A stretch of 64,000 nt of DNA from an uncultured virus (IMG/VR IMGVR_UViG_3300026493_000141) (Duplodnaviria > Heunggongvirae > Uroviricota > Caudoviricetes), in the IMG/VR virus record IMGVR_UViG_3300026493_000141, positions 1-64,000 of that record, one strand, 5' to 3'. Position numbers and translations under genes: made by a program. How positions within the stretch are numbered: the first letter of the stretch is position 1; each line of letters begins with the position of its first letter. The notes under the pieces are model-generated. The model ran no database searches, was not told the DNA's origin, and saw nothing but the letters and a program-made list of their open reading frames with translations. Below are positions 56,662-64,000 of this stretch, piece after piece.

Positions 56662-57327
56662 TTAAACGTATAGTGCATCTTCTAAATGGTGGATATCTAA
56701 ATTAAATGCTCGGTTCTTATATACATGAACATCATGGGTATCCATATTATGTAATACATGATGAAGTGACTGTACATCTTCAAGAATAGATAAGAACTCT
56801 GATTTAAGAGAACTATCCCATTTATCATTCTTAATATCATATGGAGTTAAAGGATAGTCTATACAATCCATACCGATAATTACAGGAACCTGTAATTGCC
56901 ATGCATAATCAACAAGACGTTTAATTTTTGTAGTCGATATACATGCAGCGTCAATTACTTTTAAGTCGATAATGATAGCTCGGATATGCTGTTTCTTCTC
57001 TCCAGGGTATTTACCTGAAATAATATTAATCGGGTCATCGTGTACGAATAGGTCACTTGTAGCAAATACATCTTTCTTACCTTTTATTCTATTTGCAAAG
57101 TGACTAGCATTCGATAAGTCATGCATGGCAGCAGATACTAATATCTGATCCCACGTTCTGTTAGAATTAAAATAAATAACAGTTTCATCGACATTATGTT
57201 CTCTATTTGCTACGGTCATAAATCCCATTGCAATATTTGTAAGATATGAATGTAATGCCAAATAGTCACCTGTCGTAACTACTAAATGTGCTCCTGGTAC
57301 GTTATATGCTTTTATCATTGTTTTCAT
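56662..57327 (-). CDS. degenerate DnaB/RecA-fold-like protein (family C)
   Basis: PGAHLVVTTG, VIYFNS, AIIID, QVPVIIG, VHVYKNR; no Walker A GKT. Confidence 0.55.
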   Translation of the reverse strand: MKTMIKAYNVPGAHLVVTTGDYLALHSYLTNIAMGFMTVANREHNVDETVIYFNSNRTWDQILVSAAMHDLSNASHFANRIKGKKDVFATSDLFVHDDPINIISGKYPGEKKQHIRAIIIDLKVIDAACISTTKIKRLVDYAWQLQVPVIIGMDCIDYPLTPYDIKNDKWDSSLKSEFLSILEDVQSLHHVLHNMDTHDVHVYKNRAFNLDIHHLEDALYV

Positions 57328-57357
57328 TATTATTCTCTCCCTTAATATAATTTAGTT

Positions 57358-57810
57358 TTATAGTAATGCTGAATCTGCAACCATGATTGGCAGATATTCA
57401 AATACACTAGATATATCAACACAATCTTCGAAGTCAATCATCATATCGTCGATAAGGATACCGATTAATTGATATAATTTAAATTCATCTTTTTGCATTG
57501 CTTCTGTGATTTGCTCACTGTATTTATCTACATCAAGAGGGGTTACCTTTGAACGAATAGTCTTCACATGAATAGGTTCATCCTCGTGAATCATTTCTAA
57601 TATTTCATCTTCGTCATCTTGTACGATAACTAATAGTAAAGGTATTTTACCCTCATCTACTTTCACTTCTCTATTCGACTTGATGATGTCATCAGCAATA
57701 GATAATATATCTTCATGGAATAAGAATTGCTCCATTAGGAATAATCCATCCACTTCTTTTTCACCTTTAAAGAAAGTTTCTTGTAAATAAACATTATTTA
57801 TTTTGAGCAT
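57358..57810 (-). CDS. acidic family C protein (short)
   Basis: DEGKIPL.L...IH.KTI...YQLI....D....D..DC.DI shared with 57794. Confidence 0.65.
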   Translation of the reverse strand: MLKINNVYLQETFFKGEKEVDGLFLMEQFLFHEDILSIADDIIKSNREVKVDEGKIPLLLVIVQDDEDEILEMIHEDEPIHVKTIRSKVTPLDVDKYSEQITEAMQKDEFKLYQLIGILIDDMMIDFEDCVDISSVFEYLPIMVADSALL

Positions 57811-58267
57811 TCTTTATATCCTCCTCTGTTATATATCTTGAATTTGTTACTAGGATTGGAATGTCTGGATATTCTTGTCGAATATCTAAACAGTCATCGA
57901 TATCAGCCATCTGTGCATCCATAAATACGCTAATCAATTGGTAATTCTTATACTCTTCCACAGTCGTTAATACTTCGTTGATATAGTCGATATATTTAAT
58001 ATCTGCTGAGAAGTCTGCAATGATTGTCTTAATATGAATATGAGTTCTAGTTTCATATAATCTAGTAAATTCACCATCTGTTACAATTAGTATCAGAGGT
58101 ATTTTACCCTCGTCTGCTTTAACATCAGGATTCGATTCTAAAATATCTCGCAATAAAGCAGCGTACGTATCAAACATGCCGATGTCGCTTTTTATTGCCA
58201 TAAGACCTTCAATCTTATCACCACCGATAACACAATTTGTATTATGAAATCTTGAAACTTTTAACAT
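57794..58267 (-). CDS. acidic family C protein (short)
   Basis: Clear paralog of 57358. Confidence 0.65.
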   Translation of the reverse strand: MLKVSRFHNTNCVIGGDKIEGLMAIKSDIGMFDTYAALLRDILESNPDVKADEGKIPLILIVTDGEFTRLYETRTHIHIKTIIADFSADIKYIDYINEVLTTVEEYKNYQLISVFMDAQMADIDDCLDIRQEYPDIPILVTNSRYITEEDIKNAQNK

Positions 58268-58321
58268 AATAAATCCCCCTCAAATAAAAGTAACCCTAGC
58301 TATCTGCTAGGGTTATAGTAA

Positions 58322-58951
58322 TTAAAATAAGTATTCAGCCGTATTAATATATAACATTTCACCTTCGGTCAATGTCTTATGGTAGAACGGCATGATTGGA
58401 TGGAAATTATCTTTGGGTCTTGGCATTAATAATACACTCTCATATTTCTTTAAGAATGATTTACTCGTAATATCCAATACTGTTGGATCAATAAGCGCTG
58501 GTAGTACAAGTGGGATATTATGCTTCATTGCCATCTCATGCAGACGGTCAAGAGCATCCTCACTTGTTTGCATACCCCAGTTGTTACCGTGTGTCAAACT
58601 CATAAAAGCATTTGCTACTCCTGCACGATAATTTGTTACACCAGGTTCTTCAGACTGACTGATAAAATCAGACTTAACTGAAGCGAATGGATTGTAGGAT
58701 TCCATAAAACGATCATACATGAATCGATTCTCTTGTCCTAATTTATTTAAACGATCTTCCCAATTATGGTACATAGGACCTACTACAGTAAACGGTTTAT
58801 CGTCAGGTGTAACATGCATGTTTAGGAATTGTGCTGCCACATTTATCATAAATTTTTCTACATTTTCTTTGTTTGTAGTATGAGCCACTATTACATGTAA
58901 CCCAGGTGTATCAAAGAATATTTTTGGATAGTTCGTTAATGTGATTTGCAT
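58322..58951 (-). CDS. degenerate DnaB/RecA-fold-like protein (family C)
   Basis: PGLHVIVAH, LHEMAMKHNIPLVL. Confidence 0.55.
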   Translation of the reverse strand: MQITLTNYPKIFFDTPGLHVIVAHTTNKENVEKFMINVAAQFLNMHVTPDDKPFTVVGPMYHNWEDRLNKLGQENRFMYDRFMESYNPFASVKSDFISQSEEPGVTNYRAGVANAFMSLTHGNNWGMQTSEDALDRLHEMAMKHNIPLVLPALIDPTVLDITSKSFLKKYESVLLMPRPKDNFHPIMPFYHKTLTEGEMLYINTAEYLF

Positions 58952-58952
58952 A

Positions 58953-59642
58953 TTAAAACTCCTCCGCTGTAAATGTGAATTCTTTATTTGTATTGATTGT
59001 TAATGGTGGCTGTCCACCTAATTCATTCGATTTACTAAAATGAATATCTAGTAACTCATGATGAGACATGAATCGTAGAGCTGTATCTACATCGTAGTTA
59101 TGAGGTATCTTACCAATACTACGAATCTCATCATGTACATGAATCAATGTTTTAGCTTGTGCTAAGTTAATACGTACACCTATCGTAACAGGTATATCAA
59201 ATTGCTTTCTCATTGAATGTGCAAATACAATTGTATCTAACAATGCTCGTGATTCTTCTTCTCCTCGTAGGGAAACAATCGCATCTGTTATGATTGCTTT
59301 AATATCATACGTATTTGCCGCGTTTAAGATTTCATACTCTAAATCTTTTAATACTCTATCATATGTATTAAAGAATAACATATCGACATTCTTTTCATGT
59401 ATACGGTTCAATACATTAGGGTATTGACCTTCGTCTGATACATACTTCATGAAGTCGTGTGCTCCTAAGTCTCTTGTAAATAGGATAATTGCTGGACGTT
59501 TCTGTCCTTCTTTATGCTCTAATTTAGATGCCATTTCCAATGCAAGGTGTAGGGCAGACGTTGTTAATCTGTCACCTACTGCTCCTGCTATTACGTGAAC
59601 TCCTGGTTCACTAATTTTTAAAGTATCTGCTAAGTTTCTCAT
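58953..59642 (-). CDS. degenerate DnaB/RecA-fold-like protein (family C)
   Basis: PGVHVIAGAVGDRLTT, IILFTRD, AIITD, FDIPVTIG, DVDTAL, IHFSKS. Confidence 0.6.
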   Translation of the reverse strand: MRNLADTLKISEPGVHVIAGAVGDRLTTSALHLALEMASKLEHKEGQKRPAIILFTRDLGAHDFMKYVSDEGQYPNVLNRIHEKNVDMLFFNTYDRVLKDLEYEILNAANTYDIKAIITDAIVSLRGEEESRALLDTIVFAHSMRKQFDIPVTIGVRINLAQAKTLIHVHDEIRSIGKIPHNYDVDTALRFMSHHELLDIHFSKSNELGGQPPLTINTNKEFTFTAEEF

Positions 59643-59674
59643 TCAAAACTCTCCCTTATATAATGTATTGGTTT

Positions 59675-59694
59675 CTCACCTATATAATATATAG
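59675..59694 (-). promoter_or_regulatory. early-type promoter (family C operon)
   Basis: CTATATATTAT ATAGG TGAG. Confidence 0.75.
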
Positions 59695-59713
59695 TCGTAT
59701 ACTTTTTCAATTA

Positions 59714-59944
59714 TTATCGAGACACCCATGGTAGTGGGCTACTGCTTCGAACTTCAAATTCGTTAGGATATACTGCAACATGTGCAAGCTGTCCTTTATG
59801 GGTAACCCAAGCTTCATAATAAGCTTCTCCTGTTTCGGATTTCTTCTTCGGTACATATTTAGAGATATAACCTCCAGCACCTTCATACTCTCCTTCTGTT
59901 ATAGTTACCACATGTGCTAATAAGTCTTTTCCTGTTTTTGTCAT
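59714..59944 (-). CDS. small KOW/SH3-like beta-barrel protein
   Basis: VTITEGEYEGAGGYI KOW-like pattern; SD GGAGG. Confidence 0.55.
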   Translation of the reverse strand: MTKTGKDLLAHVVTITEGEYEGAGGYISKYVPKKKSETGEAYYEAWVTHKGQLAHVAVYPNEFEVRSSSPLPWVSR

Positions 59945-59956
59945 TTTATTATCCTC

Positions 59957-60136
59957 CTAGTAATTTACTATTAACGAAGTAATCCCTTTTATAAATAAGA
60001 TCGTTAATAGTAGCGTAACGATTAGTGACGCTAATTCTAATTTATTTTTATTCCGTACTGTCCATATAAAATAACAATTCAGCCCGAATGCAAATATGGA
60101 TAGTATTTCCAATATAATGTACACAATTATTTTCAT
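59957..60136 (-). CDS. 59-aa two-TM membrane protein (not in the ORF track)
   Basis: SD GAGGAGGT; MKIIVYIILEILSIFAFGLNCYFIWTVRNKNKLELASLIVTLLLTILFIKGITSLIVNY. Confidence 0.65.
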   Translation of the reverse strand: MKIIVYIILEILSIFAFGLNCYFIWTVRNKNKLELASLIVTLLLTILFIKGITSLIVNY

Positions 60137-60137
60137 T

Positions 60138-60326
60138 TTAATTACCTCCTCTTATAAGTATCATCCATGATACTTGAAGAAAGATTAAACTAAGGACAGG
60201 AAAGACAATTAATAATATAGGTAATATAAATCGATTAAAGACATGCTTACCTGTCACTTCAAGATAAAGCGCGTACAGTGTACAAACCATTAATATTATA
60301 GCTGCAATAAATAAATCTTTTGCCAT
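60138..60326 (-). CDS. 62-aa two-TM membrane protein
   Basis: Two hydrophobic stretches; SD GAGGAGG. Confidence 0.7.
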   Translation of the reverse strand: MAKDLFIAAIILMVCTLYALYLEVTGKHVFNRFILPILLIVFPVLSLIFLQVSWMILIRGGN

Positions 60327-60368
60327 GTGAATTCCTCCTCAAAATAAAAAGATGTAGAGCAATAAGCT

Positions 60369-60548
60369 CTACATCATAAATACTGCAACGAATAAGCCAC
60401 AAAGTAGTAAGAATAGTGTAGCTAACGCTATTATAGCAAATGCTACCTTAAATCCACCCATACCTATATCGTGCATAATTTTAATTATCCATACTTCAAA
60501 TAAGAATGCTATAAATAATAATAGCAATAGAAATCCTTTGAGTGTCAT
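60369..60548 (-). CDS. 59-aa two-TM membrane protein (not in the ORF track)
   Basis: Start overlaps the upstream stop (TAATG); MTLKGFLLLLLFIAFLFEVW...GLFVAVFMM. Confidence 0.6.
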   Translation of the reverse strand: MTLKGFLLLLLFIAFLFEVWIIKIMHDIGMGGFKVAFAIIALATLFLLLCGLFVAVFMM

Positions 60549-60733
60549 TATATATTAAGCCCCCATAATACAATATGCACAATATCTTGCATCACTAATA
60601 ATACAAGATATGTAATTGATACCCATTTCCCAGCTCGTTCAAACTTATTCAGTTTGCCGATCCAATAGATTCCCGCTGCTGTACCGACTCCACATATATG
60701 GAATACGATACATGAAATTATAGCGTCAACCAT
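60548..60733 (-). CDS. 61-aa two-TM membrane protein
   Basis: Two hydrophobic stretches, coupled to neighbours. Confidence 0.6.
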   Translation of the reverse strand: MVDAIISCIVFHICGVGTAAGIYWIGKLNKFERAGKWVSITYLVLLVMQDIVHIVLWGLNI

Positions 60734-61140
60734 GCGATTGGGTGGGCTAATATTAATGAGATTAAGAAGATTCTAACGAGATGTATAGACTGGTCTACTT
60801 CAATCATTACGAAGAATGGTAAATCTTCGATTTTGAAGTTTTTATTTCTAGCTATATGTTTCTCGATTAACATCTTCCACCAGATAACTGGTTTACGTGT
60901 ATCAATAAATAGATGCTCAGCTAATGTTAGGAATAATACGACTAAGGCATATTTCCAGTTAAACATTGCTAGAACTAGTAACGCAATAGTTATTGAGTAT
61001 ACTAGACAATGACGAATTAGCGCGTCCTCATCTGTTGTTTTCTTTAATGCTTGCGTATTTGTTTGTAATAGATAGTCACCTATCCGATGTCCCACGAATT
61101 GAGTAATAAACAATGTGCAAAATACTACATGACTAATCAT
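60718..61140 (-). CDS. DUF3307-like membrane protein
   Basis: H.IGDYLLQ, RHCLVY, HLFID, DQSIH motifs. Confidence 0.75.
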   Translation of the reverse strand: MISHVVFCTLFITQFVGHRIGDYLLQTNTQALKKTTDEDALIRHCLVYSITIALLVLAMFNWKYALVVLFLTLAEHLFIDTRKPVIWWKMLIEKHIARNKNFKIEDLPFFVMIEVDQSIHLVRIFLISLILAHPIAWLTL

Positions 61141-62245
61141 CGTACTTCACCGTCATATCTTCGACATATCGTGCAATTACTTTCTCAATTACATGGTCTG
61201 GGACACCTTTTTCTTTCATATGTTTTACAGAATTAATTAAGCTATGACTTGGACGTTGCATAAAGATTTCTTTCATAATAGAATATAAATCTCCACACAT
61301 AGCTGGAATTTGTTCTAAAATATATTTCTCATCCATGTCCATTTCCAATGGGTTAAATGTAATGTAAATCATTTGACTTGGATATTTTTCTAACTCTTTC
61401 TGTAACTGATGGATTGTCATATCGTACATCGACTCATCGAATTTCAATGAACCCATAATCAGTCTTTGAGCTGCTACATCACGTCTATCATTATCAAAGC
61501 CGATAGAGGATGTTAATACAACTTGACGAGTACTCTTATGATGACAATCTGTTAAATATATATCAAGAATAAGATCATTGTAAGCTAAGTATGTAAAGTG
61601 ATCAATCCATTTGATGTTACTTTCATTTCTCTCAGCTTCTACTCGGATTGCACCAGGTGATACATGCTCACTATCCAAATAATCAACATATACTGTATTC
61701 CCTTTTTCTACAAGTGTAGCTTGTGTTGGATTATGTGAAGTCATATAGCCTGCTATATCAATAAAATAGTTAGGAAGAATATTATATAATTTTTGCATAC
61801 GATTAATATTATGCATAGCATTATTAGGGCTATCCGATACACAACTAGTTATAAACTTAGTTTCACAAATATTTTTCCATGTTACAAATACTGCGGTATT
61901 CATTGTATTTCCTAATTGTCTAGGCAATTCACTATATACATTAAATCCATGTTGCATAATCGACCATAACGCAATATTTCCTCTATGAGCTGTTACCGGT
62001 CGAGTAACACCTTTTTCAAATGTAGGAATACGTGCAACTTCACGTGCAAAGTACCAGAAGTTTCGTTCCACTTCATTTATAATTTTATTCTGCATAACTT
62101 CATCGAGGGTTGGATTAAATGGGTCCACATGGACTAAATCCTTGTCATTTAATTGTAGAATAAATTCTACATTATGTCCTCGTTTCTTCATTTTCTCTAC
62201 TAAATCTGTAAATGATTTATTTGAAGTTTCATAATCGTAATACAT
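61133..62245 (-). CDS. terminase large subunit ATPase-domain paralog, apparently inactive and lacking the nuclease domain
   Basis: TSNKSF, VDPFNP, NFWYFAREVARIP, HRGNIA, PRQLGNT (GK->GN), WIDH (DE->DH); only 370 aa. Confidence 0.7.
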   Translation of the reverse strand: MYYDYETSNKSFTDLVEKMKKRGHNVEFILQLNDKDLVHVDPFNPTLDEVMQNKIINEVERNFWYFAREVARIPTFEKGVTRPVTAHRGNIALWSIMQHGFNVYSELPRQLGNTMNTAVFVTWKNICETKFITSCVSDSPNNAMHNINRMQKLYNILPNYFIDIAGYMTSHNPTQATLVEKGNTVYVDYLDSEHVSPGAIRVEAERNESNIKWIDHFTYLAYNDLILDIYLTDCHHKSTRQVVLTSSIGFDNDRRDVAAQRLIMGSLKFDESMYDMTIHQLQKELEKYPSQMIYITFNPLEMDMDEKYILEQIPAMCGDLYSIMKEIFMQRPSHSLINSVKHMKEKGVPDHVIEKVIARYVEDMTVKYDD

Positions 62246-62291
62246 CGTTTCTCCTCCTCATGATAAAAAAATAAAGAGTAAGGCATAAGCC

Positions 62292-62432
62292 CTACTCTTT
62301 ATCTTTCAGTAATCCTTGTTTACGTAGCTTTTCTTTTTCTTCATCAGTAAGTTCTGCTACTTTGTTTGGGTCGATACCGACCTCACCCCATGCTACTTCA
62401 GTTAGCATTTGCCATTCTCCTTGTTCAGGCAT
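62292..62432 (-). CDS. 46-aa late peptide (not in the ORF track)
   Basis: Late promoter 62464-62475, SD AAAGGAGG, own terminator; MPEQGEWQMLTEVAWGEVGIDPNKVAELTDEEKEKLRKQGLLKDKE. Confidence 0.65.
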   Translation of the reverse strand: MPEQGEWQMLTEVAWGEVGIDPNKVAELTDEEKEKLRKQGLLKDKE

Positions 62433-62488
62433 GTGTTTCTCCTCCTTTCTCTTTATGGTTAGCTATTAAGATGTTACTGCAATAGTAT

Positions 62489-63250
62489 TTATTTATTGTA
62501 CTTCGCAGATATAGAACTTACATCTTTATTTAGATTATTCAATGTGCGAGGTAATGCTAAACCATCTGTAACAAGGTTTGTTTTTAATCCTGCACATGTA
62601 AAGAATACATCTAAAGTATTTAATGCTACCTTATCCGTTTTATTAGAAGGGATATCCTCAAGACTCACATACCCGTCATCTTTAATACGTTTCAACATTT
62701 CTGTTTTTGCACGAAGGTCGTCGGAACGTGCTCCGATTAATTCCTTCATAGAATCTTTTGCCCCTACCGCAATAAGAGCGATATTCTCAACGTCAGATGC
62801 ACGAGCATTCTTATCGTCACCACTAACCATACCAGTCTTCGGATTACGTTGACCAATATGAATAGACATACTATTCTTTTTCGATACCATTTGCTGTACA
62901 CGTTTAATATGAATGTATCCTGTTAGTACCGGTTGCTGTGTAACAACTGGGTCACCTTCGGGATTAGCAAATGGCATGATAACATGTTCGAATAAAGGCA
63001 CTTTTAAGAAGTCTGCCGCTTTCTGCGCTTCCTTCATCGATACCTCTACAGCGTATGGTTCAATCTCCAGATAGAAGTAAGCATCTGGATTATTTAAGAA
63101 CTTCTTCATCTCTTTATCAAATTGCTCATTAGACATTTTAGAATAACGTTCTTTATACTTCTGCGTATTCTTTCCTGTCTTGTCTAATATATTAAAAGTC
63201 CCGTAAATCAAGTCTTCCATTTTCTTACGTTTTGCTGGCGTCATTGCCAT
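62489..63250 (-). CDS. RNA polymerase beta subunit C-terminal fragment (probably virion RNAP)
   Basis: GYIHIKRVQQMVSKK, RNPKTG, RASDVENIAL, ELIGARSDD correspond to the RpoB C-terminal region; second copy of this region in the window; GACA late-variant promoter at 63273-63284. Confidence 0.75.
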   Translation of the reverse strand: MAMTPAKRKKMEDLIYGTFNILDKTGKNTQKYKERYSKMSNEQFDKEMKKFLNNPDAYFYLEIEPYAVEVSMKEAQKAADFLKVPLFEHVIMPFANPEGDPVVTQQPVLTGYIHIKRVQQMVSKKNSMSIHIGQRNPKTGMVSGDDKNARASDVENIALIAVGAKDSMKELIGARSDDLRAKTEMLKRIKDDGYVSLEDIPSNKTDKVALNTLDVFFTCAGLKTNLVTDGLALPRTLNNLNKDVSSISAKYNK

Positions 63251-63290
63251 AAATATTCCTCCTTTAGTCTATTATAGTAATGTCGGAATT

Positions 63291-63962
63291 CTATTTCTTA
63301 ACCATGTGTATAGAAAATTTATCAGTTTGATTCTTAATCATATCTAAGGTTTTTATCGTTTGACCATTTACGGTCACATTACCATTAAGATGTTTTACAG
63401 GCTTACCTTTTGATTTGAATGTCTCTATTGAAGTGTTATCAACATCTTGTGAAACCATTTCTAATCCACTATCAGTTACCGCATATAATTTACCATCCAT
63501 ACCAAGTAACTGATACTCGTTTATACTTAAATAAAATTGCATATTCCGTAGGAATACATATGAATCACCTTTTGCAGACTTTAGATTCATGAATAAATAA
63601 TTTGTTTCTATTATTTGTCCTAAATCATATAATCTTGGAGATTCATTTGCTACTGCACTATGTGACCATGTCCCATATGATGTAAACCCATTTGTTAATG
63701 TGAAATTCGGCGCATGATATTCGCTTGTAGCAGGTTCTATCATAATGTGATCGAATTTCATCTTAAATGGTGCCCGTACTTCAACTGTTGCAGAGGTTGA
63801 AGTTATATGATGGAAATATGAACTAGAATCATTTTTAAACATATTTGCTGCAACATAATTCTCATAATGTCCATTGTCAGTTATAGTAAACCCTTGCATA
63901 TCATTTAATAAATTTGGCACCTGAGGTGTCATAGTAAATCTATCGTTACTGTTAATCTCCAT
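63291..63962 (-). CDS. hypothetical protein, possible discoidin/F5-8-like carbohydrate-binding virion domain
   Basis: beta-rich; IETNYLFMNL...VFLRNMQFY resembles the end of a discoidin domain; SD GGAGG. Confidence 0.5.
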   Translation of the reverse strand: MEINSNDRFTMTPQVPNLLNDMQGFTITDNGHYENYVAANMFKNDSSSYFHHITSTSATVEVRAPFKMKFDHIMIEPATSEYHAPNFTLTNGFTSYGTWSHSAVANESPRLYDLGQIIETNYLFMNLKSAKGDSYVFLRNMQFYLSINEYQLLGMDGKLYAVTDSGLEMVSQDVDNTSIETFKSKGKPVKHLNGNVTVNGQTIKTLDMIKNQTDKFSIHMVKK

Positions 63963-64000
63963 AATCTAACCTCCTAGTAAGATGCACTTTGCTGGATATG

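Noticed and set aside
832..62852. Many short opposite-strand or out-of-frame ORFs in the track (e.g. 832-1278, 6106-6471, 29009-29551, 51682-52095, 56131-56457, 62496-62852)
   Set aside because: They overlap well-supported genes, lack SDs and have the Ser/Ile/Phe-rich composition of antisense shadows.
1..64000. CRISPR array, tRNA/rRNA, IS element, diversity-generating retroelement
   Set aside because: No regularly spaced direct repeats, cloverleaf, transposase, reverse transcriptase or TR/VR pair was seen by eye. tRNAscan-SE or a CRISPR finder would be definitive.

Overview
A 64 kb AT-rich segment of a jumbo myovirus of the phiKZ/AR9(PBS1)-related type. The GH25+SH3b endolysin and strong GGAGG ribosome-binding sites suggest a Firmicutes host, probably Bacillus. 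Core genes are tail sheath and tube, a probable portal, the N-terminal half of a split family-B DNA polymerase, SbcC/Rad50, three separate RNA polymerase beta-subunit pieces, NAD-dependent ligase, RecA/UvsX, a DEDDh exonuclease, an endolysin and a tubulin/FtsZ-family GTPase. Two phage promoter classes recur: TAYATTAT-N5-TGA (early-type, about 12 copies) and AACA-N6-TA/TG (AR9 late-type, about 13 copies plus GACA variants). The most notable observations are: (1) a short basic beta-strand peptide tag shared, with different codons, by the termini of unrelated DNA-transaction proteins (DNA polymerase, RNAP beta, ligase and a 364-aa disordered protein), a candidate docking or localisation signal; (2) an expanded family of about 20 divergent paralogs, several with a covarying two-hairpin leader RNA; (3) candidate late-promoter sRNAs with anti-Shine-Dalgarno tracts; (4) several apparently catalytically dead look-alikes of terminase, DnaB/RecA-fold, HNH-AP2 and HU proteins, possibly decoys. 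All family calls come from reading motifs by eye; no database search was run.
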